Source of the DNA: Hypanus sabinus | Taxonomy: Eukaryota | Reading direction: 5' to 3' | Assembly (NCBI RefSeq): GCF_030144855.1 | Contig: NC_082711.1 | Location: forward strand, 158,286,001 to 158,350,000 | Length of the DNA: 64,000 nt | In this document: one piece after another, positions 51,799 through 64,000 of the stretch | How the letters are laid out: each line of letters begins with the position of its first letter | Numbering within the stretch: position 1 is the first letter of the stretch | Notes under the pieces: generated by a model | Told to the model about the DNA's origin: nothing | Database searches by the model: none | What the model saw: only the letters and a program-made list of their open reading frames with translations | Position numbers and translations under genes: made by a program

Positions 51799-52697
51799 AT
51801 GTCATCTGTTATGTTGAACGAAGCTGCCAGGTGTCTGAGGAGGAGTCTGCGGTGGTTTTCAAGGTTACTGTTCGTTCGTCATTGCAGCTACAAAAGGAAA
51901 ATGTCCCCTGACGGAGCATCAGTCAAACTCTACTCCACGGTTAAATCTGAGAAGGCATCAAAGTCAAATAAGAGCCACAAACCTGACTTCAATAAGTCAG
52001 AACTGGATGTTAAAGGTAATGCAGAGAGATTAACTGAGTTCCCGGAGAGCTTCCAAAAGCCTGCTGCAGATGGAATGGTAAAGAGGCCAGGAATCAATCT
52101 TTCCACTAGAACTTCAGGAAGACAAAATCATGCCAATTTGACTCAGTGGTTTCAAAACCCTTCCAAATGGCCAAACTCAAAACCTTGTCAGATCCGTAAA
52201 TCAGAATTTCAGAACCTTAGAGACGACGATTTTAAAAAACAAAATTTGCTAAAGACCTCCCGACCTTTGGTCAGGGAGGCAGGCTCGGAAATACTATTTG
52301 GTGTGGCGCCGTGCAGCCTAGCCCTTTCCCAATTACGCAGAAAGATTTTCAGGCTGTTTGTTAAGGAAAATCGAACACAGAGAACTGAAATGCAGGGAAT
52401 CTATCAGCGAGCCAGAGAGACTAGTGTGCCAGTACATCAGGTGACGAGAAAGGAGCTTGACAGGTTGTGTGAGGGTCGAGTTCACCAAGGCATTTGTCTT
52501 GAGGTGACACCACTAGATTATGTGAACTATGATCAATGCTATTCAGCAGCTATTGATGTTTCTGAACTTGAAGGCAGCAACAAACCAGTGTTGTGGCTGG
52601 CACTGGAAGGAATCCAGGATCCCATGAATATGGGAGCTCTGCTTCGCTCAGCATATTACCTCGGAACAGATCTTGTTCTAGTAAGTCAGCCTAACAG
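51799..52697 (+). CDS. MRM1: rRNA methyltransferase 1, mitochondrial; first coding exon (exon starts 51775)
   Basis: Arg-rich presequence-like N-terminus. SpoU substrate-binding motifs EILFGVAPCSLAL and HQGICLEVTPL; SPOUT motif LWLALEGIQDPMNMGALLRSAYYLG. Donor AG|gtaact, phase 2. Confidence 0.93.
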
Positions 52698-52885
52698 GTA
52701 ACTATTAAAGCCATTGTATTTTAAAGGAATTTGTTTAATTTATGGACTTACAGCTTGTATGATTATTCAGAATATTTTTCTGAATTCAATTTCTTAACTG
52801 TATAAAGTAGAATAAAGCTCTTCATGTGAGTGAACTTTTATAAATATCTTCTATCAAAATAAAAATTTTAGAAGACATGAAGCAC

Positions 52886-53301
52886 TTTGTTGACCTTGAG
52901 ACATTTAAAAGATTCATGTCTTGAACATTTTTTTCTGGTAAAGGATAGTCTTTGTAAAAGTTCAGCTGCATAAATGACAACTTTATTTTACTTTATACGT
53001 TTATGTTCTGGCAAATAATTTTTTATAGCTCCTGCAATTAACTTCCTAGTTTTAAGCAAATTAAATCTGTGTGTTATTTGTTTTAAGCAAATTAAATCTG
53101 TGTGTTATTTGTTGACCTTGAGACATTTAAAAGATTCATGTCTTGAACATTTTTTTCTGGTAAAGGATAGTCTTTGTAAAAGTTCAGCTGCATAAATGAC
53201 AACTTTATTTTACTTTATACGTTTATGTTCTGGCAAATAATTTTTTATAGCTCCTGCAATTAACTTCCTTGTTTTAAGCAAATTAAATCTGTGTGTTATT
53301 T
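52886..53301. repeat. 194-bp tandem duplication with a 31-bp templated insertion at the junction
   Basis: 52886-53079 and 53108-53301 differ at one visible position; 53080-53110 repeats 53049-53079. Confidence 0.92.
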
Positions 53302-54666
53302 AATCTTGTGTTTGGCCATTTCAGAGTATGGTGACAATTTTGGAATTGTTTGTAGAATTTTTATCATAAATCATATTTTGTTATTTAACATGCAAGCCAA
53401 GCAATAGGTTATTTAAATACTGTGGGTGAATCACCAATATCATCCAGCAGGTGGCACTGCAACTCTGTTTAATGAACGTGAAAGGCATTCTCTTTCTCCC
53501 CACGTTTAAATCAGTGAGTCCAATAATATTTAAGGATATTGGCAACTTTAATAAATCAGTACAGTCCCACTATAGAGATTCTTTGCTGCAATTAAGACAT
53601 AAAAGTTCTTTGTCAATAAAAACTTGCACATAAGTTCACTTCATTTTTCTTTTGAATTAGTTTTTTTCACTCTTAATATAGTTGGTACCTTTTTGCATGT
53701 AGAACTTATTTTTATAATTGACATGGATAGAGAATGGGGATGTTTACTGAAAACAATAATAATTTCAGGTCTCTGAAGTCTTTTCAAAATATTTGTTATG
53801 TTATCGATCTCCATGCTATATTTGCAGCTTACACAAATCCTTCCTTGACTTTATTGATTGACAGAAGATCTGTCACTAAAATAACATTTTTAGTGAGCCA
53901 TTTTATACAGAGGATGGTTAACATTTATGACAGTTGTTCAGTTGTGATTCATTTTGTAAAGTAACTAGAATTACCTCAGCATGATTTGTGCTTCTAAACA
54001 TGGAATATATATAATCTATGCTTTAAGAACTGGGTCTTAAGAATCTGATATTCTTAAATTTATCCAATAATTAGGTAAATAAAAACAGTAAATACTTACA
54101 TCTGAATCTGAAAAATAATGGTTCGAACTCGACTCAGGATAGCAACGGGCCCTTCTGTGTGTTAATCACTGGGGCAATATAAACTGAGGCGGCCAGGCTA
54201 ATGTGAAAATATCCTTGCCACTTTTCAGTGATCTCTGTATCTTGATTATCATTATGTTCTCATAGGGTACAGCACTAAAACATTAACTAATCATTTGCCT
54301 CAGTAATATTTGTGCAAATTCCCTGTGCACAAATACCAGCAAAGTGTTTTTTTGGTTTCAAATTCAGAAGGTTGTCCTCCTTTTATGTTAAGGCTGCAGC
54401 TATAGCTTCTAGTATGGAAAATAACAAAACTAATTAAGTTGCTTCTAAACCTGCTCCGTTCCTGTAGTAGGGTACGATAGCAGTCAGAATGCTGAACTCG
54501 AGAAGGTAATGTTCTGTGCCAGTTTTAAAAAGATGATAAAATTATTTTCAGATGTAAATTAAATATCACAAAGTACTGTATAAATTTATTTGTTTATTGT
54601 CGGCTTTTATGCTTGGAGACATGGAGGATTTCCGTTCATTAATATTCACATTGCATTATCTTCCAG

Positions 54667-54760
54667 TTGCCCTCTAACACCAACTGTGAGCAAAGCTAGT
54701 GCTGGAGTTGTAGAAGTTATGACACTTTATTGCACACACAGCTTGCCTCAAGTGCTCAAG
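54667..54760 (+). CDS. MRM1: MRM1 coding exon 2 (SCPLTPTVSKASAGVVEVM...VLK)
   Basis: ttccag| acceptor and |gtaatg donor; 94 nt; frame consistent. Confidence 0.93.
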
Positions 54761-54858
54761 GTAATGAAAATCCAGGTGTAGAAGTATTTTTTTCCAGGAG
54801 TGTTTCCAGCTAATTTTGTAATGTTACTTAATTCAATTTGTCTTTAACTTCAACACAG

Positions 54859-54979
54859 GCAAAAGCAGCCAAAGGGTGGAAAATAGTAGGAACTATTGGA
54901 AATTCTACAGAAGGCACCCGCGTACCAGTCATCCCTTGTACTGAGTTCCAGTGGAGTGAACGGACCATTCTTCTTCTAG
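54859..54979 (+). CDS. MRM1: MRM1 coding exon 3 (AKAAKGWKIVGTIG...FQWSERTILLL)
   Basis: acacag| acceptor and |gtagtg donor; 121 nt; open in the expected frame. Confidence 0.92.
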
Positions 54980-55639
54980 GTAGTGTTAGATGCTGTTCGT
55001 AACTGACAAGCAGAGTATTGGACTTTTTAAATCAGAAGTTGACAAAGTATTGGGTTGTTCAACTCTGCATTAAACTGCTCTTATAATGCTCCCAATATGC
55101 AGAGACTTACTTAGGAGTGAAGGTTTCATTTAAAAAAAAATGTAAAACAAATTCCTTGTTCATGTCATAATCAGTAGCACTTCAGCAATGATACTGTTTA
55201 AAGATACAAAATTAAGTTTTAATTATGCTAAATTTTTAATTGTGTTTTACAGTGTTATAACACAGGGTTTGAAATAACCATTTTTCCCTGTCCAAGTAAC
55301 TGAAGCACTGCTGATACATCAGTTTAACACCAAAAAAGTGCTAAATGATCTGTGTCGTCTTTCAGAGAGGCATTGAACCGAGAGCTTGCCTGCCTTGTTG
55401 TTGGGAAAGCTTCCCACATACTATCTAGAAAAAATAAGGGGAGTTATCTGGATTCAAACTCAATATTTATTCCTGAACTAATATTGTTAAAATAGGTTAT
55501 ATGCTAATCTATTTGTATAAGGCTTCGCTTGCAATTTAGCTGAACTTGTCTGTAATACAGCATTAATTGCACATTGGTAGTAAAATTCTAACAGAAGTGG
55601 TTTGAGATATCATAAGGATGTTATTTTGAGAACTGTGTA

Positions 55640-56045
55640 ATCAGAATCAGGTTTAATATCACGGGTAAATGTCACAAAATTTGTTAAATTTGTCGTCGCA
55701 GCACAATGCACTACATAATAATAGAGAAAAAATTCAGAATAACGGTAAATATATATAGTTAAATAAGTAGTGCAAAAATTGGGGGGGGGGGAAGAAAAGT
55801 AGCGAGGTGGCGTTCATGGGTTCAATGTCCATTCAGAAATCCGGTGGCAGAAGGGAAGAAGCCGTTCTTCAGTGGCTGAGAGTGTGCCTTCAGGCTTCTG
55901 TACCTCCTTCCTGATGGTAACAGTGAGAAGAGAGCATGTCCTGGGTGCTGGGGGTCCTTAATAATGGATGGTGCTTCTGTGAGACACTGCTTCTTGAGGA
56001 TGTCCTGGATACTATGGAGGCTAGTGCCCATGATGGAGCTGACTA
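55640..56045 (-). mobile_element. Rex1-like LINE 3' end
   Basis: SIIKDPQHPGHALFSLLPSGRRYRSLK; (TCTGAT)n tail. Confidence 0.8.
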
Positions 56046-56512
56046 ATTTTACAATTTTTCACTAATTCAAAAAAAATGCAGATTTTTAATCTGATGAAAA
56101 AGTTTTTCTCTGCAGTTGGCTGTGGCTTTTTTGCTTCTAAGTACTAAACTGGTCACAGGGAATTTTTGTGTCGGTGTTGCAACATAAACTGAAGATTGAC
56201 GTAAAGTTTCTGGAATTAGATTCTACTTGGATATCCAGGTCCTTGGACATCATATTGTGACTGTCAAAGTTCAAGAGCTCCTCTGTGAACTTTGGCATCG
56301 ATATTTGTATCTACAGTTGAAAAATAATTTATAGCAAGTGTAAGGATTTTGTTTTACTAGTCCTGTGTGTTTGTCCAGGCTTAAGTTCTCTCTGCAGTAT
56401 GTTTAGGGTTCACTGTTTATTTTCGTGCTATCCTTGCTGTCGGTTTCAGTAGTGGATTGGAGCAATTCATCTTACATATTATCAACTGTGTTTTCCTGTT
56501 CCTTGTTTCCAG

Positions 56513-56632
56513 GAAATGAAGGTTTGGGCCTCTCTGATGCTGTAAGCAGCCTTTGCCACACAATGCTGACAATACCAGCAGGTAGAGACTTGCAGCCTGG
56601 GATTGAATCTTTGAATGTGTCTGTTGCTGCAG
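56513..56632 (+). CDS. MRM1: MRM1 coding exon 4 (GNEGLGLS...GIESLNVSVAA)
   Basis: SPOUT knot motifs GNEG and SLNVSVA; canonical splice sites; 120 nt. Confidence 0.95.
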
Positions 56633-57784
56633 GTAACTGTTACTGAAATAATTCCATGCCAATTTACTTGCTTTCAGTGTCATTATTTTTTCACCTTGGT
56701 GAAAAACAGCAACTGTGCATGTTGAAGATGAAGCATTCTAAAGAATTAATAGTCAGCTATTGGTCGTAAACTTTACATTGAATAATTTTCAGAGGATTCT
56801 AAGCATTCTCCAAAGCTGTGAAAAGTGCATGTTGTAGTTTAATTCAAAATTCACTCTTTGCTGATGGGCACCTTATTTAGTGGTACCACGTTAATTAATA
56901 CTATTGTTTGAATGACAGGTGATCAGTCGTTCAGAATTTTGTGAACTGCATTTTTTTACAGTAATATAGAATTGAATATTTTGTAATTTAGAAGTTTTGC
57001 TATTAATAATAGTGTTGGCATATTCAGGAATAACGCCATGATAGATGTTTTATATTTGAAAAATATGGATCATTTTGGTGTAATCACGAGTCTAGATTAT
57101 TTGGGTAACCCAATTTTTGGGATCAGCTCTGATTGTCTTAATAATTCATGGTTTCCATAATGAAAATAGTCATGATCATGGAGATCAAAAATGCTTGCTC
57201 TTTATGTGGACAGAATATTAGTTCTGAGTTGTATGACTTTAACCAAAACCTGCCTTTAATGTGACCAGTTGCCCTTTGTCCTTCTATTAGTTTTGTTATT
57301 GGATCAGCTCCCAACATCTGGCTAAGGACAGCATTTCAAGGGAAATGACCAGATTAGATCCTTTTCTTCCACAATTTAGGTTTTGTGTAACCACAGAGGT
57401 TGAGCTAATGGTGATCTGAACATCTGGGTTGAAATAGCATATCATGGTAGGGTATCACATAGAAGACTGCTATCTTTGCTGTTTTTTTTGGGGGGGGGGG
57501 GGAAACGAGAGAAAAAGTGCAAATAGTCCATTCACTCTGCATAGATGAGCTGCATGGTTCCCATGAATGTTAATGGAAATGAACAACGTCTGGATTCTTT
57601 GGAGCAACAAGTTGGAGGACTAAGTCAGCTCGTGATCTGTAGTTTGAGATAAGGCTTCAACCACATCCTAAGCAAAGAAGACATTATGTTAAATCTCAGC
57701 GGGTTTAACAGGGAAGGTTAGAGCTTCTTGTATTCAAGTTTCATTTGCTTGATGTGATTTGATTCCTAATTTTACCTCCTACAG

Positions 57785-57828
57785 GGATTCTCTTACATTG
57801 CTTAAGCAGCAAAAGGATGAAGGGATGA
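57785..57828 (+). CDS. MRM1: MRM1 last coding exon (GILLHCLSSKRMKG*); total about 425 aa
   Basis: ctacag| acceptor; GILLH completes the SPOUT motif; TGA at 57826-57828. Confidence 0.9.
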
Positions 57829-58815
57829 AAGGCTCCTCAAATAGGTCTCTTCAAACCATCTCAAAGTGATTTACTTTGTTTACACACAGCCACTGAGCTA
57901 TATCCAATCAGTGCTTGGACCACTTTAATTGCTCTTGAATGTTCGTCCTTTTAGAAGTTTTCAATCAGTGTAAATTGAACTTTAATGGATAAAGTGTTAG
58001 TAACACTGCCTTTTTATGATGTACAATGTAAATTTTATTTATATAAACTTTGCCTTTTGAGTTCAGGTTGTTCTACTCTTCACTAGAAGTATTTTCGTTT
58101 TAAACTCCTCTGAATATAGTTGGGTAACTTTATGTGAATATTGCAGCCTGCAGGATCTGATCATGTTATAATGACGATTTAGAACTTGTAAAAATTACAT
58201 TGAAAATAGAAACATGTTTCTTAAAAAGTATATGCACTTATCTTAAATTACTCAAACAGGTCATTCAGCCTAATTGGCTTATAGACGTGATTAGTCGTTT
58301 CCCATTTCACTTCATTATACTCAGTTAACATTTTGCATTTATTTTCTCTTCTGTATGTATCTATTCTCACCTAATTCCTGCAAGAATATTAGATACTTGT
58401 ATTTCCTATGGTTTCTGAATCGCATTTTGTTTCAAAATAAAATGTTGAGAATCAGTCTTGTCTACTTCGGGATTATGTCAGCATTCAGGATAACATCGGT
58501 CCTGAACATTTATTGTCAAGTTTTCTGGAGGTAAGACTGCAGAGAATATTCATTGTCTGATAGATAGATATTTGTTTATTTGTACACAGGGAAATTGTAT
58601 TCCATAAAATTATGGAAAGCAAAAAAATATTTTGGGAAGTCATTATTTTTACACCAGATTTTTCCTATAGTTTTCACTTTTGCTTGCCTGCTCACTTTAA
58701 AGAAGCTAGTTCCTTGCTGATACAGAGTTTGAAAGGCAGCTGTATATTAAAAGTAGATTATGGTTAATTGAGACCAATACACTTTGGCCCAATTAGCTGA
58801 AGTTTCATGGAAATA

Positions 58816-59906
58816 CAGTGGGTTCTTGCTAATTGGGCCATCGGTTAATTGGGGCAGCTGCTTATTTGGGACAACTCTTAGAACAAGAGCTAATCGAGAA
58901 AATAGCCAGAATTCCCTTTGATTATTTGAGACACTATTTTGCTTATTTGGTACAGGAGACTGTTGCCAAACAGTTTCTAACTACCTTCAGTCATGTGTGC
59001 TTATGTGGCTGATAGACACTATACCATGCTTAGAGTAAATAGTTTTTAAATAGCATCAGTTGTGTATGTTTATGTTCAAAAAGCAGTGATCTTTATCACT
59101 GATAATTGGCAAGAAATAAGCAGTAAGACAATTCAGAACTATATTGCTCACCTCGGTTTCAAGTATTCATACTTGGAAATGCGAGTAATGGCCTGGAGTG
59201 AAAATGAAACAATTTACTACTTCAGCAAGTTAGGAACTACAGAAAATTTGTAAGTATGACAATCATCTTGAATGGTACCTTTAGTGCCAGTCGGACAATT
59301 ACCATTCACCCGCGGTTCCAAATGGTAGCCACACACCAGTACGCCACTTTGACAGGCAGGGTAAGCCAGACGAGGGCAGCCGGTGGGTCTCAAACCCTGC
59401 TGAGAGTGGGACACGTCTGTCCAAGTATGCAAAGTTACCTTTGGAGGACTGGGTGGATGAGGTCTACAAAGAGATCCAACAGCCACGAAGGCTGGTCTGC
59501 AACACTCCGCGGAGAGCGAAGGGCAAGACGAGGCATTGAAATCATGGTTCTCCACTGCAGCCAGGGAAGACCCCAGTTGTGAGGTCAACATATGCCTCTA
59601 GACCTGGACTTCCAAGGTTGAGCGAGTGGAACTGCCCCAGTGCAATAACTTTTCCACTTTATAAAAAGTCTCCCACATAGGTTTCCTGTCATCATCGGAT
59701 TTGACAGACAACCACCAGTAGTATTGGTGGTGTTTTAATTTGTTCTGTATTTCATTTAAGTACATAATTTGTTACTCAGTTAAATGGTAGTTTGTCTTTT
59801 TATACCTTTTTAACTATTTCCATGAAACTTCAACTAATTGGGCAGTGGCTTATTTGGGAAAAATTGTATTAGTCCCGATGTGTCCCAATTAATCAGATTT
59901 CACTGT
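58816..59906. mobile_element. Tigger/pogo-like non-autonomous element with a nested retro-derived insert (about 59290-59716)
   Basis: TA-CAGTGG...TAATTGGG / CCCAATTAATCAGATTTCACTG-TA termini; FITDNWQEISSKTIQNY remnant. Confidence 0.7.
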
Positions 59907-59959
59907 AGTTAAAAAGGTCTTTTAAAAAAGACAAACTACTGTTAAATGAAATACAGAAA

Positions 59960-60997
59960 AATTAGAACACTATATTAGTTCCTAAAATTAATTGATGGAG
60001 GGATTCATGCAGTGCATGCTGCTGTGTTCTTTTGATTGAGTGTAAATGAACAAAATCAGCGTGGACGCCTAGTGCAGATAATTGATCCAGTCGTTTCTTT
60101 CGACCTGATGGTGTGTGTTTGTAGCTAAGGTATTTGTTCAGCATGGCACCACTTTTTCTTTAAGAACAACAAGCCCTGTTTTATCTGCATTGGAGATATC
60201 TTCTGCACAAAATTTTTGAAACAAGTTGGGGAGTTCTGTAAATTTTCACGTTCCTGCACGTGTAGCATCAGTCCTATCTTTCTCACAGTGTGCTTTCTTA
60301 AATTTAATTTGCCAGCATTTCTATCGAGACCTCTAACCATTTGTTGCTTTAAAATCTTCATGACCGGCTTCTTAGCTGGCTCCTCTGACTTGGGTTTTTT
60401 AAAAATATCGGTCCAGTGAAACACATACACCTTGTCTAGTTGCAACGGAAAACCATTGATTCAGGTCTTCTTCAACATCTGTTTCCTTACCGCTTTTTTT
60501 TTGGGTTGCTCTGTGCTGTTTCTTGCGTAACGTCCATTCTTCTTGCAGTTTATCTTACTGAGCTATCAAGTGTGCAATTGTAGATTTTGGCACTCCAGTT
60601 ATCGCTGCCAGTCGACAATGAGTGGTGTTAGGTGGATGGCTTTTAATTGGGCCAGTACAATAACTATGTCAGCTAGTGTCATGTCTTTTCAGGGCATCTT
60701 GGCAAAGGTTTGAAGACTTGTAAAGTCAAAAGAGAAAACAAAATGAGCAAAAAGCACTGCTTTTTAAATCGGTGTTCATCAGATAACACAAGCACACACA
60801 ACTGACACTATTTTAAAAACTCTTTGCTCTAAGCACAGTGTATTGTCTGGCGGCCACAAAAGTGCATGTAACTTACATTAATTAGAGACTTCAGCAATAA
60901 TCTCCTGTCCCAGTTAAGTGGCGAGGTGTCATAAATAAATGAAGGGTATCCCAGCTATTTTCTCGTTCCTCGGATGTCCAGTGGCCCAATTAATCAG
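59960..60997 (-). mobile_element. Degraded Tigger/pogo transposase gene
   Basis: HTH-like RLAAITGVPKSTIAHLI near 60600 and DDE motif EDISNADKTGL near 60190; TIR-like cccaattaatcaga at about 60985. Confidence 0.8.
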
Positions 60998-61640
60998 AGA
61001 CTTACGGACAAGAAGGTAGACGGGCAAAGATCACTCGATTCACAAATTCTGTCTTGCTTAAATTGTGTGCTAAACAAGCCATAGACTCCCAGTATTCTCC
61101 ACCTTCCCTCCTAAGCTTGGATAATATCAATGCACTATCGAAAACATCTTATCCGGATGCATCATAGCAACTGTTCTGTCTGAGACTGCGCAGAGATGTG
61201 GATACAGCTCAGCACTTCATGGAAACCAGTCTCCCCTGCACGGAATCTATCTACACTTCTAAAGCAGCTAGAATAATCAGAGACAGTCATTCTCTCTATT
61301 TCCCCATCCCATCAGGCAAAAGATGCAAAAGCCTGAAAACACGTACCACCAGGCTCAGGCACCTTCTATCCTGCTGCTGTAAGACTATTGAACGGTTCCA
61401 AGCACAATAAGATGGACTCTTGACCTCAATCTACCTCACTATGACCTTTCATCTTATTGTCTACCTGCAGTGCACTTTCTTTGTAACTGTAACACTTTAA
61501 TCTGCACTCTGGTATTGTTTTATGTTATATTACCTCAATGCACGGTTGTAATGAATTGTTCTGTATGAACTATATAGAAGACAAGCTTTTCACTGTACCT
61601 GGGTATGTGTGACTTTAATTTACCAATTTACCAGTCTTTC

Positions 61641-62705
61641 GAGGTTCATACAGTGCATTTTTCCCAACAGATTTTAATTCAGAATCCTGCCTGCCTTCTA
61701 CATTTTTGCAATAACCATAATATGCATTACCCTATCAATATTAAATATTTAAATCAGGATCTACATTTTAACCACCTTCCACCTTATCACCTCATTTCCC
61801 ACCCCCACTCACCCACCTTCCCCTCAGCTGGCTTCACCTATCACCTCTTATCTTATACACCTTCAGCTCCCGCCACCAACTTATTCTGGCTTCTTCCACC
61901 TTTCTTTCCAGTCCAAATGAAGGGTCTCAGCCCAAAACATCGAGTCTCTAGTCCTTAGATGCTGCTTGGCCTGCTGAGTTCCAGCATTTTGTGTGTGTTA
62001 CTCTGGATTTATAGTATCACTGTCCACCCGTTTACCAATTGATAATTGGTAAATCAGGTCAAAATGGTAAATTTGATCCAATGAAGAACATATCATTTAA
62101 CAGTATTAGCCATAAAAAATATTGTCGTTTGTCACATCTTTCGTTGTATGGAGAAATATCACTTCTTTGAACTTCTGGCTCCCATTTGAACATCGGTTTT
62201 GACCCTCTTATCAACTGCACAGCTGGCATATCTTTTACTTTCCTTTTTCCCAGGTTCTTGCTGTTTTCTATAAAGTTGTCCCTCTTCCCTAATTCAAATA
62301 ATAATTTAATCAATGAACAGTTTAGTTCTGTAAGTCAAATATGTCAGTCAAGACCCTCAAACGTTTATGCTGTCTAGGATAATAGATAGTTGAGGTATTT
62401 TAAGCTGGTTTTTAGTACAGACTTCCCTCTAAGTGATTTTACAAGGTTGTACCTTTTGCATATTTTCCAGCTTGTGAATAGGAGGGAGGCTGACAAACCA
62501 ATAAAACCCGACTGATGGTTCTATGTGTCATATACTTGCTGTTTTTTTTTAGCCATTACTCCTTGGCTTTACCTGTGGATTGTTAGAGGTTCATACAGTG
62601 CAATTTTTCTCCGCAGGCTTCAATTCCGAATCCTGCCTGCCTTCTACATGTTTGGCAATTACCATAATATGCATCACCCTATCAATATTAAATATTTAAA
62701 TCAGG
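61641..62705. repeat. About 120-bp dispersed direct repeat (61641-61758 and 62586-62705)
   Basis: gaggttcatacagtgca...ctatcaatattaaatatttaaatcagg is present twice, with scattered substitutions and small indels. Confidence 0.85.
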
Positions 62706-64000
62706 CTTTACCTTTTTCTTGAGGTTGCTGATACCAGTGCAGATTATTGTGTCATGTGCAAGCTTAATATTCCCAGGACATTTTTGATTATTTGATAAAG
62801 AGTAACAGCCTTTTAAATCTTTAACAGTTAGTCTTTGCAGGCGTGTTTTGCTACTAATGATAACATTGTCCAATCTAACAAAATCATACCAAAGCTGTTC
62901 TTCATACAGTCGATTCACTTCGAATGCATATCCTATATTTTGAGGCATATTATGAAAACTTCCTAATCATTTAAATAAACTTTTTCTAACAGGCCTACTT
63001 TGTCATTTTAAGTGGTAATTTCCTTTTAAAAAACTCCTGTATACTAGTTCTTCCTCAAATGTTTGAATTGTCTTAGAGTCGTCATTGTAGTTGTAAAATT
63101 ATTAGTTCCTTCTCTGTCCTGTCTCCCTGGGGAAGAGAATTGATTTCTGATAGATATATCCCTTTCGCCTTTATCACAGTCAAGCATCAAGCTAATTCCT
63201 TAAGTCAGCCAAGGCAATGAGTGCAAATAAGTTGTTTGATCATAGTGTGAGGTTTCAGAAGAAAAATTGATCTTGCCCTGAGTTGACGTGGATGCAGATC
63301 TGTCGGGAGTAGCTGGTTTTTCAGTTAACAGGAAATGTGATTGCCAAACTGACTGAAATCCACTACCTCAGAATAGAAAATGGATCCAAGTCTTCCCGTA
63401 TTGTGATTCACATGGCTGCATCTTTACCTGGCTGGAAGCTACAAATGTGTTGAAGTAGTTTCTGTTAAAATTAAAAGGAGGCAATTATAATATTCAACCC
63501 ACAATGAGGTTATTGGATCAGATCGCAATCAAAGAGAATATTGTTTCAAATCTTAAATTATTTAGTCAGAAAATAAGAATAGTTTAATAAGAACAAGTTT
63601 AGTACTTATGGAATTACTACTTTTTTTTTAACCAGTTCTTGTCATTACTCAGTGATATATTCAGGGATTGTCTGAGATACTAAGGGACCAAGATTTCACT
63701 GTCTTTGCTGAGGTAACTGATCACATTCAAGGCAATAATAAAGAAATAGAATGGGGGAAAAAGGGAAGCATATGCAAAGATGGAAACAAAATGAGTTTTT
63801 CTTTGGGCCAATGCTTGAAGTCTATGTTAATTTATTCACCAAGGTGAATTTGGCAGAGACTGATAATTTCATCTGAGCATCAAAGGAAGATTTCTAGTAA
63901 TTTATGTATATCTTGTTGCAGTATTTACTTTGTAAAAGCTATAGGGCTTATTTTTATGATTAGACGATGTCTCAGTGGTTGTGGTAGAGTGCTTGGTTTA

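Overview
Eukaryotic (vertebrate) genomic DNA, very likely from a cartilaginous fish (ray/shark) judging by the repeats: CR1/HER1-like and Rex1-like LINEs, Penelope-like elements (PLEs), Deu-type and tRNA SINEs, and Tigger/hAT MITEs. Three host genes can be read from the sequence. (1) RAB34 on the minus strand: the first two coding exons are at 21900-21953 and 15890-15981, and the rest lies left of the window. (2) A complete five-exon RPL23A on the plus strand (38457-44962, 155 aa), with a TOP/TCT promoter and three intronic C/D snoRNAs (two SNORD4-type, one SNORD42-type). (3) A complete MRM1 mitochondrial rRNA methyltransferase on the plus strand (51799-57828, about 425 aa). Most other ORF-track entries are transposon fragments or noise. 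The most notable non-genic structure is a dense population of PLE ends carrying minimal type I hammerhead ribozyme motifs. It includes fold-back insertions with target-site duplications, and several copies lie sense to the RAB34 pre-mRNA. Other leads: a possible decayed TLCD1-like exon between RPL23A and MRM1, a possible N-terminally extended MRM1 isoform, rRNA-tracking changes in the snoRNA guides, and a young tandem duplication with a templated insertion. All family assignments come from recalled motifs and sequences, not database searches.
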